DNA of 64,000 nucleotides from Eledone cirrhosa (Eukaryota). The DNA lies in NCBI GenBank assembly GCA_964016885.1, contig OZ024743.1, positions 11,346,001 to 11,410,000 on the forward strand. Direction: 5' to 3'. Numbering within the stretch: position 1 is the first letter of the stretch; every line of letters begins with the position of its first letter. The notes beneath the pieces are model-generated. The model searched no databases, had not been told where the DNA came from, and saw nothing but the letters and a program-made list of their open reading frames with translations. This document shows, one piece after another, positions 1-13,369 of the stretch. A program made the position numbers and the translations under genes.

Positions 1-83
1 ACCCTGACTACCCTCTTTCAGTTTTCTGCTCCGCTCCCCCACCAGTTCCACCGCCCCTGTATATATATATAATGTAAAAAAGA

Positions 84-180
84 ATAATGCTCTGTACCCT
101 TTCCTAAGGGGTTGATATATCGAGCTTCTTCGTATTTGGTAATAAACTGGTATTATACCCAATTTATTCATCTCCTATAT
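84..180 (+). mobile_element. Degenerate PLE 3' terminus remnant between (TA)n tracts
   Basis: gctc-TGtac-ccctt/aagggg hairpin-gatatatc-gagc resembles a decayed minimal hammerhead layout, followed by aataaa. Confidence 0.3.
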
Positions 181-186
181 ATATAT

Positions 187-583
187 ATATCACACAAAAA
201 AGAGAATCAGTGTTGCGACGAATGGAATTTATTGAACATATTTCAATCGTTTCTCTGGCGACCAGCTCGAGGCACGATCGATGTGATGATCGAACCTGAC
301 TCTGAAAATTGCAAGGTCCTCATATACGTCTTCCTAATTAGGAAAGTCTGCTTCGTAGAATCAAGACGTATCTGAGGACCTTGCGATTTTCAGAGTCAGG
401 TTCGATCATCAAATCGAATGTGCCTCGAGCTGGTCGCCAGAGAAACGGTTGTAATATGTCCAATAAATTCCATTCGTCGCAACACTGATTCTCTTTTTTT
501 TTTGTGATATCATACTCTGCTCTATGAGAGCATCGAGTGCTCAAACGGCCTACCGCATACGGACGCTATAAGTATCCAACACC

Positions 584-586
<3 letters not shown>
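187..586 (+). mobile_element. PLE 3' terminus with inverted partial copy (hairpin + tail), family A
   Basis: Inverted arms 187-332 and 363-510. The unpaired tail 511-586 is homologous to the reverse complement of 29380-29452. (TA)n on both sides. Confidence 0.75.
365..460 (+). ncRNA. Type I hammerhead ribozyme with long stem II
   Basis: Stem I gacgtat/atatgtc, core CTGAGGA at 372-378, ~60 nt stem II, GAAA at 442-445, minimal stem III ac-ggtt-gt, cleavage triplet GTA at 451-453. Confidence 0.65.
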
Positions 587-636
<50 letters not shown>

Positions 637-639
<3 letters not shown>

Positions 640-1638
640 TAATCTATAAAGCTCAGTGTGTGGTCATGCTCCTTCGTTATAGAAATCTGCGATATAGAAT
701 TTCTTCAATTGAAATTTACAATTCAGTATTCGAAATAGTTTCGATTGCGTCTTTACGCAGATAATTTTTTCAATTTCACCCACAATTACGCAAAAAATAG
801 ATAAAACTCAATATTTTACGATTTTTCTCTCTCATTTATACTGCTGAACTCTTTCTACTACCATTCAAAATCTATACAACTTCATACTGTCTGCTACTTT
901 CTCTTTCCAAGCTTGATGGTGATACTGTCCGTTCACACCACTCCCTACTGTCTTAAATTTAGAAAACACATATCCTTTATGAGGTTACTAAACCTGCTAG
1001 AAACAGCAGCTAACTCTCCCCCATATCACACCCCTCTCCACACCACTCCCTACTGTCTTAAATTTAGAAAACACATATCCTCTATGAGGTTACTAAACCT
1101 TCTAGAAACAGCAGCTAACTCTTCCCCATATCACACCCCTCCATACTGTCTTAAATTTAGAAAACATATCTTCTATGAGGTCACTAAACCTGCTAGAAAC
1201 AGCAGCTAACTCTCCCCCATATCACACCACTCCCTACTGTCTTAAATTTAGAAAACACATATCCTCTATGAGGTCACTAAACCTGCTAGAAACAACAGCT
1301 AACTCTCCCTCATATCACAACCCTCCCTACTGTCTTAAATTTAGAAAACACACAGACAACCATGCAGAACAACTCCATTGCAGCTCTGTTGTTCGGCTGG
1401 CATCGTCTACGCGCGTGTTGCGCAAGTACTGTGAAACAATAAATTTCAACACTTTTTTGCACAGAGATAATATCCATAGGCGAAACTACAATTGTCACTG
1501 CTGGCGCAGCTCATGCTTCCAGGTCTGCAATTCATTCACCCAGTGCCTGGCAGACAAAAAAGTGCTGCCATAAAATGGGTGGTGCAACCTAACTTTGGTA
1601 ACTTAATGACCCCGAGCAACGCCGGGCTTTAATGCTAG
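637..1638 (+). mobile_element. Non-autonomous Helitron
   Basis: A|TC start with tataaagct, subterminal hairpin cccg-agcaacgc-cggg at 1611-1626, CTAG|T end at 1635-1639, no TSD. Confidence 0.65.
934..1352 (+). repeat. ~92-bp tandem repeat, about 4.4 copies, derived from a dispersed repeat
   Basis: Unit tactgtcttaaatttagaaaacacatatcc...cctgctagaaacagcagctaactctccccc. Related single copies at ~30410-30470 (-), 31930-31990 (+) and 54940-55020 (-). Confidence 0.9.
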
Positions 1639-1669
1639 TATAATTATATATATATATATACACATTGAT

Positions 1670-1890
1670 TTATTATGGCTATTGGTGAGTTGTGTTACTC
1701 TAAACTAAAGTTCCACCTGCGCACTCACAGTATCACCAGTCGTGTCTGATGATTCTGTAAGTACGCAGGTGAGACTCCAAAGTAACAAGGTTCATCACTT
1801 AGCCATAATAACGAATATTTAAACTCTACTCCGGTATTGAGTTTTCATTCTTACGTCCGTCAATAATTCACGTACTCTCAGGTCTAATTA
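1670..1890 (+). mobile_element. PLE 3' terminus with hammerhead and inverted copy, family B
   Basis: Arms 1670-1739 and 1746-1811. CTGATGA at 1746-1752, ctg..cag stem, GAgAC at 1771, then GTA. Tail motif actctactccggtattgagt at 1823-1842. Confidence 0.65.
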
Positions 1891-1984
1891 TTTTATTTTA
1901 CGTTAAAAAAAACATTATATACGACAAAAAAAAACATTATAAGAAATCCCATATTTACGAACGTAAACTATATAATTGCCGATT

Positions 1985-2470
1985 TCCCAATCCCCTCTAT
2001 ATATTAGGCAATATTTATCTCTCCTAACCTCCTCATTATATCTACAAGCATGGAAATCTACACCTTTCTATATCTACATGACACTCTCTCTCCTAATTCC
2101 CCTCTCTATATCAATTACCACCAAACTATCCCCCTCTCTATATCTACCATACAACACTCTCTCTCATTCCCTCTCATTCTATCCATCACTACCAAATTCT
2201 CTCCCTCTCTATATCTATCAATACATATCTCTATCAATCCTCTCACTCAATTCATAACCACTAAACTAGCTCCCTCTCTATATCTACTACACGGAACTCT
2301 CTTCCAATCCCCCTCTCTATATCAATTTACACCAAATCCCCCCCCCCCCCTCTCTCTAAATCTACTACACGGAACTCTCTTCCAATCCCCTCTCTATATA
2401 TAATATAGAACTCTCTCTTCCAACCTTCCTCTCTATATCAATTACCACGGAACCCTCCCCCTCTCTCACA
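1985..2470 (+). repeat. Degenerate CT-rich minisatellite
   Basis: Recurring tcccctctctatatc(t/a)a..acc units. Confidence 0.75.
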
Positions 2471-2813
2471 CATATATATGCGTGCGAGTGCATGCATTTA
2501 CATGCATGTAGCTATTTGTAAATATGCTAAATAGGTATATAAATGTATATAGACGTATCTACATATATCGGTATGTACACATATATGTATGTACGTATGT
2601 ATGTAATTATGTATGTATTGTGTATGTATGTATATATGTATGTATGTATGTAGATAGGTAGGTAGGTATGTAAGCATATGCTTAAATGCGTATGTATGGG
2701 TATATAACTGAGCCTATGTGAGTGTGCCGCACATGATAAACAACTAGGGCAAAAGATAAGCGACGTCAACAATGTCGGCTAATTTGAAATTATTATAGCT
2801 AAGTTACCGAGCG

Positions 2814-3016
<203 letters not shown>

Positions 3017-3801
3017 AACATAACGAAAAGGATTCCTCAATGCATTATGTTGATATTTATAATTAACCATTTAACGATCCACAAGTATCTTACTCAAAGT
3101 TTCACATATGTGCAAAATACATGCAATATTTCAGAATCTTTTCATGAATGGATACATAATTCTTATTCTTTCTTAGTAAGGTCGATTATTATTGGTCCAA
3201 GTATGTCATGCGTATGAAACATTTATAAGCGGCCACTAAACTTTTATCTAGAGTATCTACCACTCTTGTATATTCATCTTCGCACGACGTTATTCTGTGC
3301 CTCAAATAACCGAGAATTTCTGAAATTTCTATATTTTTTCATATTTCAATTGCTTGACTTTGGGTGTTTAGCTGTATCTGGAATAATCAGGCAATTAGTT
3401 GAAAAGTGAAGTGACTCTGTCAGTAATATTTCAAGTTAAAATAGAGTGGTCATGTCTTTCAGATTAATGAACTCAATGAAGTTTATCCTTTTCCAAGACA
3501 TAAATGAGTACACATGTTGATTTTAGTGTCTTTCCCGTCGTAAGGAGTTCCATAAGATATCAACCTATGCTGTGATTGATTGAGAAGAATATAAATTTGC
3601 TCAGTGGTTTAGAGCGCTCAACCGAAATTTAAGAGGAGAGTTCCGAGTTCAATCGGGGGTAACCACAGTAAATAATTTACACAATACATTAGTAGACTGT
3701 ATACAACAAAATTTAACTTTTAAACCTTTAAATAATTCGTTTAAATTTCATTTTATCTTTTTTATTTATTTATCCTATCTATTTATATGGAAAAACCGCA
3801 G

Positions 3802-3898
3802 TTGATACAATTATCAATAAGGACACTGGAAACATTTGCCATTGATACAGCTATCAATAAGGACACTGGAAACATTTGCCATTGATACAGCTATCAAT
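3802..3898. repeat. ~40-bp tandem duplication, about 2.4 copies
   Basis: ttgatacagctatcaataaggacactggaaacatttgcca is repeated. Confidence 0.9.
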
Positions 3899-3899
3899 C

Positions 3900-5455
3900 A
3901 TCTTGCGTCTGTTTGTCGTTGGGTTCTGGCTGCTGATATTTAGAGAGCAGCATATATGAAGCACAAACTCATGCTAGTTTGATCTCCTTGTGCAGATATC
4001 TCTTCACAGTCCTGCGGCGATGAGGAAACTACGGTGTATACAGATCTAACGAGTTGGAGGTATACAATTGCTACACGCAGGTGACTTAAGGCTAATCTAA
4101 CATCGTTGTCAGTTTTCGGAATAGGAACTGGCTTGAATGGAGTCTTTTGGGAGAAGTCAAGAAAAGGTGACCCAAACATTGTCTGTTCCACCATCAAACT
4201 GGTCAGCTACCTGTGGCTGATGACTGTTCATACCGGCAGGAAAAACGAGAGGAATAGAAATTTTCAGAAGAATGTTCAAACGAATTGAATTACATTGAAT
4301 GTTGCTACATGGAATGTTAGAACAGTTCTTGAGAGAGAATCATCCACAAATCCAAAACACAGAACTGCAATTGTTGGCAGAGAATTGAGCAGATATAATA
4401 TTGATATAGCTGCATTCTCTGAGACCCCTCTTAGTGGGGAAGGTCATCTATCAGAGATGGGTGCTAGCTATACGTTCTTCTGGAAAGAGAATGGAGGAGT
4501 AGATTTCGCTGTCCGGACAGAGGTCACAAAGTGGCTGTAGCAACCACTAGGTATTGGTGATTGAATTATGCATCTGAGAGTTTCTCTTTCAAGGGGACGC
4601 TTCATGACAGTCATTTCAGAGTATGTCCCTAATCTGGATAGTAGCTAGGAATTAATCATGTTTTTTTTACCAATATTTCCGCATTCGGAAAAGATCTTGC
4701 TGCTTGGAGATTTCAATTTACGTGTGGGAAACGACGACCAAGCCTGGAGTGTTTTAGGACGACAGGGCAAGTTGAAATGCCTTCTCCTTTTCTGAAATTA
4801 TGCACCGAGTCGTGGTCGTGTGCAGTACTTTCTTCAGCAAAATGAGATTCATAAGATAACATGGATACAACCCGAGATCCAAACATGAACACATTTTGGA
4901 TTATTTCCTCACCAGGAAAAGCGACCTTCAGGATATCTGACCTGTAAGAGTAATGAATCTGAGAATGCTTTCAAAAACGCAAAGTCAAAACAGCAAAATA
5001 AAACTCGAAAGATGAAGAATAACTGGTGGTCAGATGTTTCAGCAGAGATGCAGAGAGCTGAAGGCATTATACATGATAAGGCAAGGTTTTGGCCCACTGC
5101 TTTCAAAACTGGCACCATTGAAGTCAAAAGATGGGAACGTCCTCATCAAAGATTCAGCAGAAATAATGACTAGGTGGACTAAACACTTTAAAGATTTGTT
5201 TGATAGCCCATCTGTAGTTAATGAGGAAATTATTAATGAACTGTCGCAAAAGGAGATTGTGACAGAGATTATGAATGATCCAATCATTCTTTTACTCTTT
5301 TATTCTTTTATTCTTTTATCTGTTCCAGCCATCCAGCTGAGGCCATGCTAAGGCACCGCCCTTGCACATAAACATAGATAAACATAGGGGAAGAGATAAA
5401 CATAGGGGAAGAGATAAACATAAGGAAAGTTCCTGGTTTGGACGGAATACCTAAA
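3900..5455 (+). mobile_element. RTE-clade LINE, decayed 5' part (5' UTR, APE endonuclease, linker)
   Basis: NVATWNVRT..RELSRYNIDIAAFSET..GASYTFFW (APE), LLLGDFN, then PLKSKDG..RW..HF..L and GKVPGLDGIP. Stops, frameshifts and an internal deletion. A SINE-tail remnant is inserted at ~5285-5365. Confidence 0.9.
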
Positions 5456-5739
5456 TTACTTCTTCCTAATTTATACAAACCTAAATAAGAGTTACATCAT
5501 CTTATATAACTGGCAGCCGAACACCATAAGAACTCTTTAGTAGAACACAAATCTTATCACCATATATTACATTCCAAGATGTCTGACTAAGGAGCTGCAA
5601 AAATAATCCCACAGCAAAATGCGCGTATTCGACGGATGAAAATTCCGTGAATTTAACGTAATTTTGTATGTTGCAACTCGACTATTGGACTGAGTACTCT
5701 ACCAACTTTGGATATAATTTTTTTTTAATGAAATTCACT

Positions 5740-5793
<54 letters not shown>

Positions 5794-6129
5794 TTTGTTT
5801 TGCGAGGTTTTTGATATGAAATCATGTGTCGAAACAAATATTGTTATACTTGGGGAGGGTCATATTGTTGTAATAATATTGCCAGAAATAATAACTGAAG
5901 ACACTCACTGTTTGGTTGGTTTTCGCTTCTGCATCTTTTATATCTCCATAGTTAGTTTATTTGGCAATCAATGTTTATCATTGACTGACCATACAGTACA
6001 ACACAATAGGAGGAAACATGATAATAGTACCACTGGTAATGTTGCAGATATGCAACGAAAGAACTTTGTTAGACTATATATATATATATATATATTTATA
6101 TCTGTAATTTTAACCGTTGGTCAGTATAA

Positions 6130-7230
6130 CAATATATATATATATATATATGAAAAAAGTTGAAAATGCAATAGGAGTCTTTAAGAAGGTTTATATACAA
6201 TAATTTACAACTTTACCGCTTTCACAAGTTTCATGATTTCAAAAGTTAAAAGAGATGGTGAGATGTGTGGCTATGTCGACTTATAACTCGCATGTAACTG
6301 ATGTTGGGAATTTCTTTCACAGTTTTATGCAAAAAATATGGTTTGGATTGCTATATGCTTGAAGTATTATTTGATAGGTTGAGTAAAATCACGTAATTAG
6401 GCTTCGAAAGTTTGGTAATTCAGCGCCAAAAATCAGGTGTATCGTGGTTCCTTCAGTTTTATACAGAAAAAGGGCTCAAGTTTAAAGTAGGCTGAGGATG
6501 ATCACGTGATTAGACACAGTAGCAGCAGAAGAAGAAGAAGAAGAAGCTGTTATGGTTGCTTAGTACGACTGATTTAAAAAGACATATTACAATCTGAGGA
6601 CATGTGGTCGAATTTCGACAGTTACATGTTAGCTTATGTTGTGGTGATGGTGTAATTATGTATTAATGATTTATTGTTTTTAATCTGGCAGGTTACGTTG
6701 ATCATACATGAATGACTGACGTTAATCTGGCAGGTTACGTTGATCATACATGAATGACTGACGTTAACGTTGTGTAATATGAAGAGATTAAGATATTTGT
6801 GCTAGCTTGGGAAATGTCTTGTAAATGTTCGGAAATTTCTGGCTGTGTTCCTGGTAAATACAAGACTTCCTAGTCTTAGTTTGCTGTATGGTGGATGGAG
6901 TCTTGTCCACATGTACTAAGTTGTCATTGAAACCCCTTCTAAGCAGTGCATCAATCTAGAAGGTTGCTCTATTGAAGGTTACTGAGCGATGAAGGATCTA
7001 AGAATCCCATACATATTTAGAAAAATTTCTAGATTCCTAAACACGATCGGTATGCGGTTGAGTTGCTTTTTTTATTTTGAGAGTGTATGTAAGTGGTGTC
7101 TTTATTTGGCCTATAGTTGGGTTGTGTTTGCCAGTCGTTACTTCAATTAATATGTCTAGGGTGTTGGATATTGCCAGATTCATGTGTAACCAAAGGCCGT
7201 AAGTATTTCAGTTAATTCCTCTCTGAATTT
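6130..7230 (-). mobile_element. Decayed Penelope-like element ORF, Naiad-type (RT C-terminus, Cys linker, GIY-YIG)
   Basis: Minus-strand fragments YRPNKDTTYIHSQ, PPYS and TCNCRNSTTCPQIVICLFKSVV..ATIT (~6560-6630) match the CNCR-x4-CP-x4-CL-x2-VVY-ATV linker/GIY-YIG pattern. Contains a ~42-bp tandem duplication at 6681-6767. Confidence 0.7.
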
Positions 7231-7369
7231 ATTCATGGTGTGGCCAATGATGTTTTACAGAATCTCTGTACAATCTACATATATATTTACATACAGACAG
7301 ACTGACAACAATACATGTATACACACTTTGCGTATGTATGTATGTGTGTGAGTATGTATGTGTGCGTGT

Positions 7370-7487
7370 AGGTTTCCCAAATTCCACACACAAGGTAGGA
7401 CAACTTAAGACTATCTTAGAAGCAGGACCGAAACTAGAAGCACGTGTTTCCGAAGCGAAATCATTAACCATACAGCCACACCTGCGT
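7370..7487 (-). mobile_element. tRNA-derived SINE 5' fragment
   Basis: Reverse complement gcaggtgtggctgtatggttaa...tttcggtcc has A/B-box-like motifs. Relatives at 19590-19690 and 47010-47105. Confidence 0.55.
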
Positions 7488-7538
7488 TTATACATGTATA
7501 TAAATATATCTATATCGCTGTCTCTCTCCTCCCCTCCC

Positions 7539-7599
<61 letters not shown>

Positions 7600-7606
7600 T
7601 ATATAT

Positions 7607-7770
7607 ATAGGAACGAGTAGGACCCCGACGGCTGAGCTCAAGCCGTTTCGAAACGGCTTGAGCTCAGCCGTCGGGGTCCTACTCGTTCCTATTACCCACT
7701 TTACTACCCTAAGTATTGAGTACTTTGGTGCGTTATGGTCCACCTGGTTCCTTACCACATTTCCTTCGTT
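7607..7770 (+). mobile_element. PLE hairpin + tail insertion, family C
   Basis: Perfect 86-bp palindrome at 7607-7692 containing GAAAC-ggc..gcc-GTC (hammerhead 3' half). The tail is nearly identical to 48113-48185. Embedded in (TA)n. Confidence 0.8.
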
Positions 7771-7796
7771 ATATATATATATATATATATATATAC

Positions 7797-7846
<50 letters not shown>

Positions 7847-7921
7847 AATATATATATATATATATATATAGAATGAATATATATATATATATATATATAT
7901 TCATTAATATGTTTATTTATA

Positions 7922-8126
7922 CAGTGACTGTAAAAGGTGGGTTCACCCAGTACAGCGGAGCCCGGAGAGCCAAGGAGGAGCCCGTGAACATCTGACGCCA
8001 GTACCGCCCCCCGCCCCTCTAAAAACAACTTTCAGGCTCCCTTGAATCTTGAAAGGTGTTCTTCCCCACTGCCGGGGCTCGAAAGCAATTGTGTTCCGCC
8101 TTGCAAAATTTATCTCCGGGACCCTG
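7922..8126. mobile_element. Probable hAT-type MITE
   Basis: GC-rich 205-bp island from cagtg to accctg between microsatellites. TIR match is weak. Confidence 0.4.
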
Positions 8127-8127
8127 C

Positions 8128-10683
8128 ATGTACATACACAACTACATACACACATACATACATACATACATACATACATACATACACACATACATACATA
8201 CATACATACACACATACATACATACATACATACATACATACATACATACACACATACATACATACATACATACATACATACATACATACATACATACATA
8301 CATACACACACACATACACACATACATACATATATATATACATACACAACTACATACACACATACATACATACACACATACACACATACATACACACATA
8401 CACACATACACACATACATACACACATACATACATACACACATACATACATACATACATACATACATACATACACACATACATACATACATACATACATA
8501 CATACATACACACATACATACATACATACATACATACATACATACATACATACATACACACATACATACATACATACATACACAACTACATACACACATA
8601 CATACATACACACATACACACATACATACACACATACATACATACACACATACACACATACATACACACATACATACATACATACATACATACATACATA
8701 CATACACACATACATACATACACACATACATACATACATACACACATACATACATACATACATACATACACACATACATACATACATACATACATACATA
8801 CATACACAACTACATACATACATACATACATACATACATACACACATACATACATACATACATACATACACAACTACATACATACATACATACATACATA
8901 CACACATACATACATACACACATACATACATACACACATACATACATACATACATACATACATACATACACACATACATACATACATACATACACAACTA
9001 CACACATACATACACACATACACACATACACACATACATACATACATACATACATACACACATACATACACACATACATACACACATACATACACACATA
9101 CATACATACATACATACATACATACACACATACATACACACATACATACATACACACACACACACATACATACACACATACATACATACACACATACATA
9201 CACACACACATACACACATACATACACACATACATACATACATACATACACACATACATACATACACACATACATACATACATACATACATACACACATA
9301 CACACATACATACATACACACATACATACACACATACATACACACATACATATATACATACATACATACACACATACACACATACATACATACATACATA
9401 CATACATAAACACATACATACATACACACATACATACATACATACACACACATACATACATACATACACATACATACATACATACACACATACACACATA
9501 CATACATACACACATACATACATACATACATACACACATACATATATACATACATACACACATACATACACACATACATACACACATACACACATACATA
9601 CATACATACATACATACACACATACATACATACACACATACACACATACATACATACACACATACATACATACACACATACATACACACATACATACATA
9701 CACACATACATATATACATACATACACACATACATACATACACACATACATACACACATACATACATACACACATACATACATACATACATACATACATA
9801 CATACATACATACATACATACATACATACACACATACATACACACATACATATATACACACATACATACATACATACATACATACATACATACACACATA
9901 CATACATACATACATACATACATACATACATACATACATACACACATACATATATACATACATACATACATACATACACACATACATACATACATACATA
10001 CATACATACATACACACATATATACATACATACACACATACATACATACACACATACATACACACATACATATATACACACATACATACATACATACATA
10101 CATACATACATACATACACACATACATATATACATACATACATACATACATACATACATACACACATACATACACACATACATACACACATACATACATA
10201 CATACATACATACATACATACATACATACATACACACATACATACATACACACATACATACATACATACATACATACATACATACATGCATACACACACA
10301 CATACATACATACATACATACATACATACACACATACATACATACATACATACATACATACATACACATACATACATACACACATACATACACACATACA
10401 TACATACACACATACATACATACATACACACATACATACATACATACCTACATACACACACACACACACACATACATACATACATACACATACATACATA
10501 CACACATACATACACACATACATACATACACACATACATACATACATACACACATACATACATACATACCTACATACACACACACACACATACATACATA
10601 CATACACATACATACATACATACACACATACATACACACACACATACATACATACATACATACACATACATTTATGCATGCAG

Positions 10684-10766
<83 letters not shown>
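8128..10766. repeat. ~2.5 kb (CATA/CACA)n microsatellite followed by (TAGA)n
   Basis: Directly visible. It is the source of the long HTYI/VCMY ORFs. Confidence 0.98.
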
Positions 10767-11294
10767 CATTTGTAAATAAGTGCATGCGCAGAAACTAACT
10801 TTAAATGTGGACTCCAGTACCGCCCTCTACATTTACTTCTTTATAACATAAGAGAGAGAGAGAGAGAGAGAGAATGTGTGTGTGAGTGTCTGTGTACATG
10901 TGTATGTGTGCGTGTGTGTGTCTGTGTACATGTGTATGTGTACGTGTATGTGTGTACGTGTATGTGTGTACGTGTATGTGTGTACGTGTATGTGTGTACG
11001 CGCGTGTGTCTGAAGTAGAGAACGGGAAGAGAGATAAAAAGCATATATTTTATCCACTCCCCTTCTCTTTCTTCATTCTCTTACTTCTCCGCCTCTTTCT
11101 CCTGAGATGTTCAGTCAAATAAAATTTACCAAACTGCAACCTGTTGTTATTGTTGTTGTTAATGTTGCTGTTGTCGTCGCCACTAAGGCGGTGGTTGTGT
11201 TATTGTTGTTGTTGTTAGTGGTGGTGGTGGTAGTTTTGTTGTTTGGTGGTGGAGGTCGTCGTCGTTGTAAATGTTATTCTTGTAACTGTTTATA

Positions 11295-11923
11295 GTTAAG
11301 GAAGTGGGAGCGAGTCGAACAGGAACCCCTGAAATATTGTTGTAGTAAGCATTGTCCAGTGAAAGCAGCCGACAGAAAAGGGAGGAGTGGAGACGTAGAA
11401 AAAGTTGTTTTCCTTCTTTATATTTGTTTACTTTTACTTTTTTCTTTCTCTCTCTCTCTCTCTTTTTTTATTTTTTTAGTCTATTAGATTATTACCTCTG
11501 CATACCTCTCAACAAAAAATAATAATAATAATAAACATCAAGCTACTTAGTACAGCGACTGGTGCTTACACATTGGTGACTTTCAGTAGAGTAATACTCA
11601 CCAGCAGCAATCCAAACACTACACCCCTACACAAACAAAGCTTTATAATAATCAGTAACTGAGAGTTCCCCGGCACAGCTGTTTCAAACTGCTATGATTA
11701 CAATTACTACAAGTCTTTTACAACTCGTAGTATTTTTCTAACTGCATCTGCCGGTGTTTGTTGTTTAGTCCAACATAGCGCTGTTGATATATATATTTTA
11801 CCTGTACTATTATAGATCACTTGGCAACCATACGGACAATTTATCTTAGTCACTGGATGTCTTTTATCACGTGCTGTTGTCATCTTTAAATATTGCCGGG
11901 TCCAGACCGGATTATAAAAAAAT
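11295..11923 (+). other. Putative first exon region (5' UTR ending in AT of a split start codon); 5' boundary uncertain
   Basis: Unique non-repetitive sequence ending aaaaaaAT|gtaagt, a consensus donor. AT plus the G at 54269 gives an in-frame ATG. Confidence 0.5.
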
Positions 11924-12020
11924 GTAAGTTATTTTCTTAATCTTAAGTCAGATTTTTTTTTCTCTTAAACAACTGTGTGTGCTGGTTTATTTTTAATATT
12001 ATTTTGTAGAATGAGGGTGG

Positions 12021-12231
12021 AGGATTGGTAGAATCGTTAGTGCCTCGAACAAAATACATTGTAGTATTACGTTATGGCCCTCTCCGTTCTGGTTTCAAAT
12101 CCCGCCGAGGTCAACATCGTTTTTCATTCTTCCGGGGTTGATAAAGTACCAGTAAAGTCCAGGGGCCGATACAGTCGACTTTCCCCTCTCTATATATTCC
12201 TGGCCTTGTGCCTAAATTAGAAATCAATATT
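12021..12231 (+). mobile_element. Older near-full-length core SINE
   Basis: tggtagaatcgttag head, ttcaaatcccgccgaggtcaac, tttcat..ggggttgataaagtaccag core and ggccttgtgcctaaattagaaa tail. Relatives at ~13070-13220, 13250-13370, 16050-16130, 19860-20010 and 54380-54590 (-). Confidence 0.8.
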
Positions 12232-13369
12232 GTTTCGTAAGATTATATTAAATCCCGCCCCTTGTAAACCGGTGTTATATATGTTTAGTGTTCATCGACA
12301 CTTATTGATGTGGTCATCGATACTTATTGATGTATCACTTAACTAAAGTAAAAACATACTTCTAAATGTATACATAGATGTATAATGACATGTATGTAGA
12401 AATGAATGGATGTATAATTACGCAAACTATTATTTACTGTACTTTTCTAAGTGTTTACCCATCTATTACATTATAAGCAATGCAAAAGTGTGATTTTAAT
12501 TATGATACAGTTACTCATGTTTAATCGCTTTTTTTTTACTGTTTCCATATTTATCTGTTGTTTGCTATTTATTTGTTTCGTAACTTTTTGTAGTTGCTAT
12601 TGATATTATTAACCTGACATTATTTCTCTATTTGTTTTTTCTCTAATATTTTTACGAGATTCTAACTAATAATCAAAACGCTATGACAAACATACTTACT
12701 ATACTAAGTACTTCATAGCTTAAAGTAAGATTTGAAAAAAAACATTAGCAGACGATGTATCTCAAATGATCTGGTCATATTTATTTTCTATGTATCCATT
12801 AAATTGTTTGTTGGATTTTCCTAATCATGCAACTTTATATTAGTATTTTATATTAGAGACATGAAACTTGGATTTTATTAGCAAAAAAAAAAAAATGTTC
12901 ATATTAATGAAGTTAAATATTGATTCTTAGAATGTTATCTATCAGCAGGTAACAAATATATATTGCACTACAACAGCGTGAGATCGATATACATTAATGG
13001 CAATATTATAAACGTTTAGGAGCAGAGTGGTGTGAAAAGGTACACTTGTAAACTAAATGCCAGAGAGTTCGACGTTCTGGGTTCAAATTCTGCCAGGGTT
13101 GATCTAGCCAGCCATCCATCTATCTGGGATCGATAAGATAAAAGATATACTGGTCGGTTAAGTCAATTGACTATATAGAAATTGTGTTTTTGTGGCATTT
13201 TGAGAATTCGATATTTTAATAACTTAGAAAGAACTCGAATGACAGGCGTTTGAGTTCAAATCCTATTTGAGTTGATTTGGCTTTTTGATACTCCAGGGTC
13301 GCCGAAATAAGTGACAGATGTTGACTGAGATTGATTTAATGAACTGTAACCCCCTTGTAAATATTTGGA

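Noticed and set aside
187-510. Hairpins read as pre-miRNAs, terminators or classical MITEs
   Set aside because: The asymmetric conserved tail, variable symmetry centre, hammerhead motifs and lack of TSD fit PLE termini better. Small-RNA production is not excluded.
934-1352. CRISPR-like array
   Set aside because: Head-to-tail units without unique spacers, eukaryotic context and no cas genes. The same applies to 37887-38268.
7943-10769. Long ORFs of 455-881 aa (HTYI/VCMY repeats)
   Set aside because: Translations of a stop-free tetranucleotide microsatellite, open in nearly all frames.
12021-12110. tRNA genes at gttcaaatcc B-box motifs
   Set aside because: No cloverleaf can be formed, and these are SINE heads.
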